This document shows positions 19,001 through 27,259 of a DNA stretch of 64,000 bases, piece after piece. The stretch is taken from positions 3,206-67,205 of the forward strand of contig CAYNYF010000007.1 of NCBI GenBank assembly GCA_964401385.1. Reading direction: 5' to 3'. Below the pieces are notes generated by a model. It did not search any database. It was not told the origin of the DNA and saw only the letters and a program-made list of their open reading frames with translations. Made by a program: the position numbers and the translations under genes. The DNA is from an uncultured Planctomycetaceae bacterium (lineage in GTDB: Bacteria > Planctomycetota > Phycisphaerae > SM23-33). The number at the start of each line of letters is the position of its first letter. Positions within the stretch are counted from its first letter, which is position 1.

Positions 19001-19775
19001 CGCTGCAAGGATACGCGGTGAGGTAGTTCAGCTCGTCGCGGGCGGCGGCGTCGCCGCTAAGGGCGGCCAGCGCCTCTCGCCGCAGCCGCTCGCGGACGCC
19101 CCGCCAGCGGGCCAGCGTCGCGTCGGGATCGGAGCAATCCTGGTCTTCCCAGGCGATGCGGTGGGACATGAGCGTCATCACGTCGCCGACGACGCGCCGC
19201 AGCTCCGCCCGCGCCAGCAGTTCCAGCACGTCCTCGCGGCGCTCGGCCGCGGCCGCCAGGACGGCCTGATCGGCCGCGTCGGCCTGCATCTGGGCGGTCA
19301 CCAGCTCGTCGGCACAGACGGCGAAGTCCGGGTCCACGCCCGCCTCGATTGCGTGCCGCCGCAGCAGCCACGCGCAGAAACTGTGGATGGTGGAGATGTG
19401 GGCGACCGGCAGCTCCGTGATCCAGTCGGCCAGCCGCTGCCGGTCCTCGTCGCTTCGGCTCTGCCGCAGCCCTTCCAGCAGCACCTCCCGCACGCGGGCG
19501 GCCATCTCCAGCGCCGCCTTGTCGGTGAAGGTCAACGCCACGAAGCGCTCGAAGGGGCTCTGCCCGCTGCCGGCGGTCCGCATGACCAGCTCGGTGAAGC
19601 GCCGCGCCAGCACCAGCGTCTTGCCGCAGCCGGCGCCGCTGGTCAACGCCAGGCTGTCGCCGGACCGCTCGACGGCGGCCTCCGCCTGGCGCGGGGTCAG
19701 TCGCGGCAGCCTACTCATGGCCGGCCTCCGAATCCGACTCGCCCGGGCCACTCCCGCCGGTCTTGCTCCGGGCAC
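16059..19775 (-). CDS. addA: ATP-dependent helicase/nuclease subunit A (AddA-type; UvrD-like helicase plus C-terminal PD-(D/E)xK nuclease)
   Basis: Walker A GAGCGKT. UvrD-family helicase motifs (TFTDKAALEM, IHSFC). C-terminal nuclease motif VVDYKSDRL...YELQMMMY. Alternative start at M20 (19718). Overlaps or abuts the addB stop. Confidence 0.85.
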   Translation of the reverse strand: MPGARPAGVARASRIRRPAMSRLPRLTPRQAEAAVERSGDSLALTSGAGCGKTLVLARRFTELVMRTAGSGQSPFERFVALTFTDKAALEMAARVREVLLEGLRQSRSDEDRQRLADWITELPVAHISTIHSFCAWLLRRHAIEAGVDPDFAVCADELVTAQMQADAADQAVLAAAAERREDVLELLARAELRRVVGDVMTLMSHRIAWEDQDCSDPDATLARWRGVRERLRREALAALSGDAAARDELNYLTAYPCSDPADRLLAYREEKLAVIARMLQRPESVAAEDVASLKDKPGGIGGAKAWGGKDARKQFRDRLRDFVGRFAALSVWFEDLGGADAEAARCLATLTALAREAIGRYDRAKRGQGLLDFDDLILRTRRLLRENASVRSGLRKKFSQMLIDECQDTDPHQLEMLWGILTDGESPPPGKIFIVGDVKQSIYRFRGAQAEVFERLCGRFGKARIPLTETFRAHGAGVGLINHVFSRLMGDGYEEIVSSRRELPPGASVEILLADAGEQPNAEAVAVAQADVVAGRIAEIIGRGRTVFDHGKKQWRPARAGDVAILLARRTNSLAYERALRQRGVAYYVVAGTGFFRQQEVYDVLNALRAIDNPFDDVALFGALRSAMFGLNDNVLLHVALAASPPYFQRLAAPEVLAHLAAPQREQLRFARDLLGRLHRGKDALGAAGLIETLLSQTGYAAALLSQFHGRRKLANVYRLLESARSAQSAGRMTLADFVQRYGELVLAESRYEQAAVAGEAEDVVRIMTIHKAKGLEFPVVVVPDLNAGRMGPRGPLLFRRDWGIAYKPPGLVEDDDGGDAAGEPLSYRLAKQAERDELAAEDVRKLYVAVTRHQDHLILVGADWRDRDGRFRDSGSYLAQLDGVLDVAGALERGADRIGYGDGFFARLARITPSAPSRGGGRRRPIGRKMAAAAADASRLADALTRAGKAGELALVGPLPEAGPAGRIAATALVDFAHCPMLYRWRHELRVPVDVLAGGGAGPPSGKLLDAATAGTVFHRCMELVNFDCLRSPRAGEVAAHARSLVGRALAERELSVDPAELAGELTEMLGRLAEHPLLGELCGAGRRLRELSFLFRGPGLDVSGKIDLLYQDAGGDWHVVDYKSDRLAAADVGARAARYELQMMMYAAAAAGHLGQNVADATVYFLRPGRGHSFAVGGAALAGLARRLGELAKNLTRSRRTGRFARRPSGGGAEPCAGCACAGLCGRASQAGRSDV

Positions 19776-22700
19776 GGTGCTTGGCGTAGTGGCAGATCTG
19801 GCGATACGGGCACCACTTCGGGCAGTCGCCGCCCGGCAGGGCGTCGAACCGCCCGGCCCGCATGCCCTGCACGCATCGCCCGACGGCGTTCATCGCAAAG
19901 GCCAGCTTCTCGGGGTATTCCGCATCCTCCTTAATCCGCCCGCGGGACACTCCGACACTGGCGAAATAGCGCTGGGCGTTCTCGCGCACGCCGTGATACG
20001 CCCCGCCGGCGCACGCCCGATCGAAGATCGCCTCCAGTGCCTCGGCGTACAGGGCAAGCTGGAGGTCGCGCCCGCTGAGGATGTCCTTGCCGGCCGGCAA
20101 GCGCCCGGACTTGTAGTCCACCGCCAGCAGGGCCGCGTCCGGTGCGACCTGATCGACGCGGTCGATCTTTCCTTCCAGGCGGATCCGCTCGCCGCCGGCG
20201 TCCAGCTCGACCGGCTCGGGCCTGCTGGCCGGGTCCATCCGCCCGGCCCGCCGCTGGGTGAGGCCGAAGCCCAGCTCGAAGCAGACCGCCTCGGTCGGCA
20301 AGACCGCCTGCCGCTGATCGGCCAGGTACGCCCACAGCATTTCCCGCCAGAATCCGGTCTGGACGTCCCACAAGGCCGAGTACATCGCCCTGTCGGCCAG
20401 CCGGCGCCTCTCGGCCTCGACGGCCTCGGCCAGCAGGGCCCGCAGCTCGCCCTCGTCGGTCTCGGCGAGCTTCACCGGCCCGCCGGCCCGCTCGCGCAGC
20501 GAGGTCATCACCCGCCACAGCACCGCGTGGCAGAAGCTGCCCATCGCCGCCGGCGTCATCCGCGCCTCCGGCTCCACCAGCGGCTCCAGGTGCAGCAGAT
20601 GCCGGGCGAAAAACTGCCAGGGGCAGCGGGCGTAGCTGTTGAGCTGGCTGGCGGAGAAGGTCCACTTGGCGGGAATTCGCTCGCCAAGCCCGGCCAGCAG
20701 CTTCGGATCGTCCAGCCGCCCGTCGAAGGCGTCGACCTCGCCCGCCCGCCAGCGGCGGTCGGCGGCGAAGATGCCGAAGCTGGCGCGGCGCAGCCATTCA
20801 GGGCGGTGCCGCCGGGCCCAGCCCAACAGCGCCGCCGGGCGATACTTGGCCTCCGCCTCGTCGCTGAAGGCGGCGAAGACGGCGGCGTTGAAGGCGTCGG
20901 CCGGCGAGGAAAGCTCATCCGGCGGCGGCACGAACTCGCCCGGGCCGATCCGCTCGCGCCGGCAGGGGGCGCCTTGGCGCTCGCCGGTGGAGGCCAGTTC
21001 CTCCAGGAAGCTGCTGGCGGCATGCGGCCGGCCGGACGCCTCGGCCGTCAGGAAGCTGACGGTCAGGGCCTCGTCGGCCCGCGTCGCCGCCAGGTAGAAC
21101 AGCAGCATCTCCCGGGCGATCAGGTCGCTGCGGCTATCCAAAGCCACGCCGCGGGCGGCCCACGCCAACCGGTCGGACTCGGCGATGAAGCACGTCTCCT
21201 GCGCCAGCCGCGGAAACGCCCGCTCGTTCACCCCGAGCAGATACACCCGCCGGAAGCGCAGCGACCGCCCGTCCAGCACGTCCAGGACTTCGGCAAGCGA
21301 TTCGGCGCGGGCCGGCGGGCAGACGGCCGCCTCGGCCAGGCGCGAGACCAGCTCGGTCAGCTCCTCCGCGCGGCTTCGCCCGGCCGGGGAGAGCGGGGCC
21401 TCCGTCAGGTCCTCCAGCAGCTCGTCGAACGCCCGCAGGGCCCGGAGGTCCGCGGCCACGGACGCGTCGTCCTCGACACCGACCGCGGGCGACTCATCCG
21501 AAATTCGGAGCCTTTCCACCACGGCCGCGGGGAGCTGTAGCTCGCCGATCAGCTCGCGGACGGCCCGGACGTACGCGCCGACGTCCTCGGGCGCGGCCAG
21601 CCGATCCAGCCGCGCCATCAGTGCCGCCAGCATCGCCCCGGCCCGCTCGATGGCTTCGGCGTCGGCGGACAGCGGACCCAAGGCCACCGTCTCCTCGTCC
21701 TCGGCGAACTCCTCGCCGCCGCTTCGCGCGCGATCGGCCAGCCGCCGGAACGCCCGCGAATACTCCGTCCGCCCGCCCAGGACGTTGGCCGTGCGGATGG
21801 CCATCTCCGCCGTCGCCACCGTTGCCGCGTCCAGGCCGGCTCCCAGAGCGCCCGGGCGGAAGTAGCTGTTCCGGATCACCGCCAGCACGTCGTGGAACGC
21901 ATACGCCGGCGGCAGCGACAGCAGCCGCAGGATGAACCGCACCACCCCGCAGGCGTCCAGCCGCGTCGGGCGCGAGGCGACGGGCACGTCGTGGGCGGCA
22001 AAGATCCGCCGAATCGGCTCTTCGTAGCCGCTCAGGTCCCGCGCCATCACCGCGACGGACCCGGGCTCGGCGCCGCCGGCCAGATCGGCCTTGACCGCGC
22101 GGGCGACGGCGCGGACCTCGGCCTCCACGTCGGCTGCGGCCAGGACGGTCACCGAAATCGCGGGCCCGCCCGTCGCGGCCGCGGCGCTTGCCGGCTCGGA
22201 GGCACGCGCTCGCCCTTTCTTGCCGCCGGGCAGGTCAAAGAGGCTCTCGAACGGATCGCCGCCGGGCTCGGCGGCCGTGACTTCCGAGCCGGGAATCGCC
22301 CGGCGAATCCGCTGGAGCGTCCGCTCCGTCCAGAACCACATGCGCCGGCGCCGCGGCTGGGCGGCGAACGGCAGCGTGATGAGCATGCTGTCCACGCGCC
22401 GGGCCAGCAGCGAGAGGATCTCCAACTGCGTCGGGGTGAAGTCGGTGAAGCCGTCGACGCCCACGGCCGCGATGGCGGGATAGCCCAACGGGGCGCCCTC
22501 GTCGCGGGCGAGCACGTCGCGGGCCAGCCACATCAGCCCCTCTACGTCGAAGCGCTCGGCCTTCCGCAGTTGGTCCTGATAGCGCCGATACACGCTCAGC
22601 AGGTCGGCGTCCTTGCCGCTGGACGGGTCGATGGCCTTTGCCAGCGCCTCCGGCTCCACGGCCGCCCGCTTGAGTTCGGCGATGGCCGCGTCCAACGCCG

Positions 22701-23211
22701 TCACCAGCCCCGGGGCGTCGCTCAGCGGCCCCAGGGCCCGCAGCCCGCCGGCGGCAGTGGGGCGGTTGACGATGCTCCAGAGCAGCAGCCGGCGGTGCAC
22801 AGTATTAAGGATGCGGGCGGGCCGGCCCGCGGCAGACAGAATGCCGGCAGCCAGGCCGGCGAAGGTCGTCACCGCCGGCGCGATCAGCACGCCCGTCTCC
22901 GACAGCTCCAGCAGCCGCTGCCGCATGTGGGCGGCGGCCGGGACGTTGGGCACGATCAGAAGGCATCCCGCCCGCCCGAGCTCGTCCATGCGCCGCCGGT
23001 ACAGCTCCAGCACGGCCGTCGTCTTGCCGCACCGGGCCGGGCCGGTCAGTATCGTCACTGACGCCGCGCCCGCGCGCGTCGCTGGCGAAGGCTCCAGATG
23101 CTTTCCCCTGTCCGGCACGCCGATATTGTGGCAGCCCGGCCGGCGTTCCACAAGCCGGCGGAGCGCGGCGGCGGCTTGGGGGTGGATGCGAAAGGCAGTT
23201 GACAATACCAT
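19711..23211 (-). CDS. addB: ATP-dependent helicase/nuclease subunit B (AddB-type, inactivated-helicase plus nuclease with Fe-S cluster)
   Basis: Walker A-like GPARCGKT. C-terminal RecB-family nuclease motif VDYKSGRL...LQLALYA. Four-Cys Fe-S staple (CPWQFF ... GGDCPKWCPYRQIC). Immediately upstream of and overlapping addA. Confidence 0.8.
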   Translation of the reverse strand: MVLSTAFRIHPQAAAALRRLVERRPGCHNIGVPDRGKHLEPSPATRAGAASVTILTGPARCGKTTAVLELYRRRMDELGRAGCLLIVPNVPAAAHMRQRLLELSETGVLIAPAVTTFAGLAAGILSAAGRPARILNTVHRRLLLWSIVNRPTAAGGLRALGPLSDAPGLVTALDAAIAELKRAAVEPEALAKAIDPSSGKDADLLSVYRRYQDQLRKAERFDVEGLMWLARDVLARDEGAPLGYPAIAAVGVDGFTDFTPTQLEILSLLARRVDSMLITLPFAAQPRRRRMWFWTERTLQRIRRAIPGSEVTAAEPGGDPFESLFDLPGGKKGRARASEPASAAAATGGPAISVTVLAAADVEAEVRAVARAVKADLAGGAEPGSVAVMARDLSGYEEPIRRIFAAHDVPVASRPTRLDACGVVRFILRLLSLPPAYAFHDVLAVIRNSYFRPGALGAGLDAATVATAEMAIRTANVLGGRTEYSRAFRRLADRARSGGEEFAEDEETVALGPLSADAEAIERAGAMLAALMARLDRLAAPEDVGAYVRAVRELIGELQLPAAVVERLRISDESPAVGVEDDASVAADLRALRAFDELLEDLTEAPLSPAGRSRAEELTELVSRLAEAAVCPPARAESLAEVLDVLDGRSLRFRRVYLLGVNERAFPRLAQETCFIAESDRLAWAARGVALDSRSDLIAREMLLFYLAATRADEALTVSFLTAEASGRPHAASSFLEELASTGERQGAPCRRERIGPGEFVPPPDELSSPADAFNAAVFAAFSDEAEAKYRPAALLGWARRHRPEWLRRASFGIFAADRRWRAGEVDAFDGRLDDPKLLAGLGERIPAKWTFSASQLNSYARCPWQFFARHLLHLEPLVEPEARMTPAAMGSFCHAVLWRVMTSLRERAGGPVKLAETDEGELRALLAEAVEAERRRLADRAMYSALWDVQTGFWREMLWAYLADQRQAVLPTEAVCFELGFGLTQRRAGRMDPASRPEPVELDAGGERIRLEGKIDRVDQVAPDAALLAVDYKSGRLPAGKDILSGRDLQLALYAEALEAIFDRACAGGAYHGVRENAQRYFASVGVSRGRIKEDAEYPEKLAFAMNAVGRCVQGMRAGRFDALPGGDCPKWCPYRQICHYAKHRARSKTGGSGPGESDSEAGHE

Positions 23212-23276
23212 TGCCGCCCGCGTGCCGATAAAGACAACAACGGCTTTGCGGCCCGCCGGCCGGTAGGAGACAGTGC

Positions 23277-25943
23277 GTGCCCGTTGCGTATTCCGTCGAG
23301 ACCTGCCGGGCGCTGGCCCGGGCCTTCGAGAAGGCCCGGGTGCTGCGCCCGATGCGGATCGGCCGATACGATCCGGGCACGGAGCTCGCGCTGGAAGTGG
23401 CCGGCGTGGCCCCGCGGCGGCGGGCGCGGGTGCGCCTGCGGCTGGAGGAGTTCGTCGGCGGGGGCTTCGCCGGGCAGGTGTACCGGGTGAGAGTCCTCTC
23501 GGCCGAGGGCGAGCACATCGACGGCCTGGAGGTCGACGCCCGCTGCGCCGTGAAGATCCTGCTGCCGCCGTCGTCGGCCAAGCGCAGGTTCCGCGACGCG
23601 CTGTTCCGGGCGGGCTTCCAGGGGGCGTTCGCCCCCCAGGTCAACCCCGCGGCCGCCCGGGCCGGGGCCATCTGGCAGAAGCTCATCCGAAGGGGCGCCC
23701 GGATTGGCCTCGGCGGCGAACGCGCCGTCGTGGACGTGCTGGCGACGTTCTTCGATCCCGGCCTGGGAAGCTGCGGCGAGATCAGCGAGTGGGTCGACGG
23801 GCGGGACTGGCGCTTCGAGGCCGACGACCGCCTGGACGACCGCAAGCGCTGGCTGCGGGGTAAGTCCGTCCCGCCGGAGCGGCTGGGCTCGGCGGAGTAT
23901 CGGGCGAAGCGGGCGTTCATGCAGCGGCTGACGGCGCTGCTGCACGAGATGGGCGCCGGCGAGCTGGCCCGCCAGTACGAATGGTGGACGGCCAAGAGCC
24001 AGCCCAACGTGCTCAAGCGCCGCGGCGACGAAGCCGACCCCGCCGCCGCCCTGACGGCGGTGGACTTCCGCGCCGGGCTGGCGCTGCTGCCGCTGCTGCC
24101 GATGAGTCCGGCCGACGTGAAGCTCATCGGCAAGGGAATCGCCCGCGGATCGCTGGTGCAGTTCGACCGCGGCGACATGGGCAAGCTCCAGCGGTTCGTG
24201 GACGCCCACGCCGCCGACTTCGCCGACCTGGGCGACGCCCTGGACGAGCTGAAGGTCCTGGAGCGGGAGTATCGCGAATCGCTGCCGGACGTGGCCCACC
24301 ATCACGTCCGGCTGCTGTACAGCGGGCGGCTGTGGTCGGGCATTCTACGCGGCATGGTGACGGGCTGGCGGTCCCGCGGCATCGTTGACGACCGCGCCGC
24401 CGACCGCCTGCGGGCAAGCCGCTTCGGCACGATACTCTTTGCCCTGCTCGGCCTGGCGCCGCTGGCGTCGCTGGCGGGCGCCGCGGGCGTGCTGATCTGG
24501 TTCTTGGCGGCGGGCAGGCTGAGCTGGTCCCTGGCCGGCCTGGCCGCGGGCGCGGGCATCGGCCTTGCCCTCATCGCCACGCTGGGGCGGCGGCTGTGGG
24601 GGCGAGCGGACCTGCGCCGGCATTACGGGCGGATGCTGGCAAGCCCCGGCTATTTCCGCCGGGCCGTGCGGGCGCTGGCGGCCGAAATGCTCACCGACTG
24701 GCACCGGGGCGGGCGCGTCAGCGCCGAGCGGGCAATGAAGCTGCTGGGCAGCCCCGTGAGAATCTTCGCCCACACGGTCCTGCTCGCCTGGATGCCGGCG
24801 AGGCTGCATCGCTTCTTGACGGATCGGCGTTTCGCCTGGTCGGCGGTCAAGCGGCTCGTGGCCCGGCCGGTGCGGCTGTACTTCAACCCCGCCCTGCGCG
24901 AGCAGTGGCTGCGCGAGATGGTGGCCGAGGGCCGCGCCAACGGCATGCTCACCGACCAGGAAGCCGACCACATCACCGCCCGCATCCGGGAGCCCTTCAT
25001 CCAGAAATATCTCAAGAGCCTGGCCGTCCACGTCTGCACGCTGCCGGTCACGCAGATCGTCTCGGTGGCGGTGGCGATCACCTACGTGCTGCAACACCCG
25101 GAGCTTTCCTTCTCCGAGGCGACGATCCGGGCGGGGTTGATCCTGGGAGCCTTCCAGGTAACGCCCATCTCGCCGGGCTCGCTGGTCCGCGGGCTGTACG
25201 TGGTCGGCCTGGTGCTGCGCGAGCGGAACTTCAAGGACTACAACATCGCGGTCTTCCTGGGCTTTTTCAAATACATCGGGTACCTGGCCTTCCCAGTGCA
25301 GATGGCGTATCGGTACCCGGCGCTGGCGCGGTTCATGGCCGGGCGGTGGGCGACGGGGGCGGCCCACGTCGTGCCCGTCTTCGGCGAGCGCGGGGCGCTG
25401 CTGGAGCACGGCGTCTTCGACGCCTTCTACAACCGCCTGCTGACGCTGCGGCGGCGGTTTCGGGAAAAGGACGAGGCCCGCCGCGGCCGAAGGCCCAGGC
25501 TTTGGCATCTTCCCCTGTGCGTGCTGGTCGGGCTGGGTGCGTTCGTGCTGATCGAAGTGCTGTTTATGCTGTCCCGCGGCCACGTGCCGGCGCCCGGGGC
25601 GATGTGGTGGCTGGCGGTGTGGCCGCCGCTTCTAGCGGGAGCGGTCGCGGCCGGGGCCGGCGGAGGCGCCGCCGTCAGCAAGCGCATCCTGATGGGCTTG
25701 GGCGTCGGGGTCGCCATGGCGATCGTCTACGGGATTGCCAACACGACCCTGGGCGTGCTCGCGGCGGCCGGACACTCCCGGCCGGGAGGGGCGGGCATCG
25801 TCGAGGCCGGCAGGCTCCTCTGGCCGTTCCTGGTCGGAAGTCTGTGGCGGCTCTTTCTGCTGCCGATCCTGTCCACGCTCGGGGCGTTCCTGGCCGAGAC
25901 GAGGCTCCCCCCGCCGAGGAGATCGCCCGTTCCGGGCGGTTAG
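23277..25943 (+). CDS. membrane protein with N-terminal UbiB/ABC1-like atypical protein-kinase-fold domain (catalytic Asp apparently substituted) fused to C-terminal polytopic membrane domain
   Basis: Gly-rich loop GGGFAGQVYRV. VAIK-like CAVKIL. Hinge VLATFFDPG...EWVDG, compare ABC1 VLVMEWIDG. Catalytic-loop analogue WTAKSQPNVL, compare HADPHPGN. DFG-like VDFRAG. At least 8 predicted TM helices follow in the C-terminal half. Confidence 0.6.
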   Translation: MPVAYSVETCRALARAFEKARVLRPMRIGRYDPGTELALEVAGVAPRRRARVRLRLEEFVGGGFAGQVYRVRVLSAEGEHIDGLEVDARCAVKILLPPSSAKRRFRDALFRAGFQGAFAPQVNPAAARAGAIWQKLIRRGARIGLGGERAVVDVLATFFDPGLGSCGEISEWVDGRDWRFEADDRLDDRKRWLRGKSVPPERLGSAEYRAKRAFMQRLTALLHEMGAGELARQYEWWTAKSQPNVLKRRGDEADPAAALTAVDFRAGLALLPLLPMSPADVKLIGKGIARGSLVQFDRGDMGKLQRFVDAHAADFADLGDALDELKVLEREYRESLPDVAHHHVRLLYSGRLWSGILRGMVTGWRSRGIVDDRAADRLRASRFGTILFALLGLAPLASLAGAAGVLIWFLAAGRLSWSLAGLAAGAGIGLALIATLGRRLWGRADLRRHYGRMLASPGYFRRAVRALAAEMLTDWHRGGRVSAERAMKLLGSPVRIFAHTVLLAWMPARLHRFLTDRRFAWSAVKRLVARPVRLYFNPALREQWLREMVAEGRANGMLTDQEADHITARIREPFIQKYLKSLAVHVCTLPVTQIVSVAVAITYVLQHPELSFSEATIRAGLILGAFQVTPISPGSLVRGLYVVGLVLRERNFKDYNIAVFLGFFKYIGYLAFPVQMAYRYPALARFMAGRWATGAAHVVPVFGERGALLEHGVFDAFYNRLLTLRRRFREKDEARRGRRPRLWHLPLCVLVGLGAFVLIEVLFMLSRGHVPAPGAMWWLAVWPPLLAGAVAAGAGGGAAVSKRILMGLGVGVAMAIVYGIANTTLGVLAAAGHSRPGGAGIVEAGRLLWPFLVGSLWRLFLLPILSTLGAFLAETRLPPPRRSPVPGG

Positions 25944-25956
25944 GCGGAAGAGTTTC

Positions 25957-26442
25957 CTACCATCGCAGCAGGACTCTCAGGAATAGTTGGCAGGCGATGT
26001 TGGCGTATGCGCCGGCGACGAGGTCGTCGGTGAGTATCCCCCAGCCCGCCGGGAGCTTCTCGAGCCCGCGGGCCGGCGGGGGCTTGAGCACGTCCAGGAT
26101 GCGGAACGCGACAAAGGCAGCGGCCGCGACGATGAACACGCCGGAAATGCCCCCCCGAATCGGCAGGAAGCACAAGGCCACCGCCTGGCCGGCCCATTCG
26201 TCTATGGTGCACTGGGAGGGATCTTTCCGGCCGAAGGCGCTCTCGGCGAACTTGCCCCAGGCCAAGCAGGCGGCCGAGGACAAGACGGCCAGCACGATCA
26301 TCGCCGCCCCAATGGCATAGACGTTCGCCCGAGTCAGCCAGGCTGCCACAAGGAACACACCCACCGCCGCCGCCGAGCCCCAGCTACCCGGGGCCACCGG
26401 CAGGTAACCCGTGCCAAATCCCGTCAGAATCAGCTTCCGCAC
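25957..26442 (-). CDS. pgpA: phosphatidylglycerophosphatase A
   Basis: GFGTGYLPVAPGSWGS..., ...DEWAGQ... and ...ILDVLKPPP motifs typical of PgpA. 161 aa. Confidence 0.85.
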   Translation of the reverse strand: MRKLILTGFGTGYLPVAPGSWGSAAAVGVFLVAAWLTRANVYAIGAAMIVLAVLSSAACLAWGKFAESAFGRKDPSQCTIDEWAGQAVALCFLPIRGGISGVFIVAAAAFVAFRILDVLKPPPARGLEKLPAGWGILTDDLVAGAYANIACQLFLRVLLRW

Positions 26443-26466
26443 CGAAGCAGATCTCCCGGCGCCGTA

Positions 26467-27183
26467 TCATGCCTCCGGAGCATCGTCTCCGTCCTCGCGG
26501 CGGTCCGGCGGAGGCGCCGGCGGCCTGTCCGAGGCCCGCTCCGGGGCCAGCAGCCCCCGGGCCCTGTTTACGTAAGCCAGCCCGCTAAATACGGTTACGA
26601 TCACCGCTAGCCACACCAGAAACAGCCTCACGCTCACCGCCCACGGGGTCTTCGGCAGATTGGCAAGCTGGAAGAGCACCGCGCAAATGGCCATCGACTG
26701 GGCGGTGATCTTCAGCTTGCCCCAGACGGAGGCCTCGAACTTCTGGCCGATCGCCTCGCTGTAGCCGCGAATCCCGGAGACGACGAATTCCCGCGCCACC
26801 ACCGCCACCACCATCCAGGCCTGGACGCCGCTGGCCATGTTGCCGGTCAGCCAGGGCGGCAGGCCGCTCTCGAACCGCCCGACCAGCCCCTCTCTCAGGG
26901 CGAAGCTGAAATTGCTGCCGGTCAGAAGGGTAAAGGCCCCGCAGACCAGCACCTTGTCCACGAACGGGTCGGTGACGCGCCCAAAGGCGGTGATCCGGTT
27001 CCACTTCCGCGCCAAGTACCCGTCCAGCACGTCGGTGATGCTGGCCACGACGTACAGGGCGAAGCAGACGTTCAGGAGGTGGCTGGCGTCGCCGGGCAAT
27101 TCGTACATCGCCAGCAGGACGAAGAAGACGCCCGACACGGCCAGTCGCCCCACGGTAAGCCGATTCGGCAGGTTCCAATCCAT
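26467..27183 (-). CDS. pgsA: CDP-diacylglycerol--glycerol-3-phosphate 3-phosphatidyltransferase
   Basis: CDP-alcohol phosphatidyltransferase motif DVLDGYLAR...GRVTDPFVDK. Start placed at the internal Met (MDWNLPNRLT). The upstream extension to 27216 is likely not translated. Confidence 0.85.
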   Translation of the reverse strand: MDWNLPNRLTVGRLAVSGVFFVLLAMYELPGDASHLLNVCFALYVVASITDVLDGYLARKWNRITAFGRVTDPFVDKVLVCGAFTLLTGSNFSFALREGLVGRFESGLPPWLTGNMASGVQAWMVVAVVAREFVVSGIRGYSEAIGQKFEASVWGKLKITAQSMAICAVLFQLANLPKTPWAVSVRLFLVWLAVIVTVFSGLAYVNRARGLLAPERASDRPPAPPPDRREDGDDAPEA

Positions 27184-27259
27184 GCAATTCTCACTACGGC
27201 GGCTGGACGGGCGCACGCGGCGGACGCCCGCACATCCGCGCGACCTTCGACAAGACAGA

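Noticed and set aside
16002-21540. Long plus-strand ORFs (16002..18902, 19387..21540, 21892..23061) antisense to addA/addB
   Set aside because: Compositionally biased (R/G/A/P-rich). addA/addB on the minus strand carry canonical helicase and nuclease motifs.
24345-26320. ORFs 24345..25583 (-) and 24596..26320 (+) overlapping the kinase-like/membrane gene and pgpA
   Set aside because: Wrong-frame composition. The annotated frames have TM helices and PgpA motifs.
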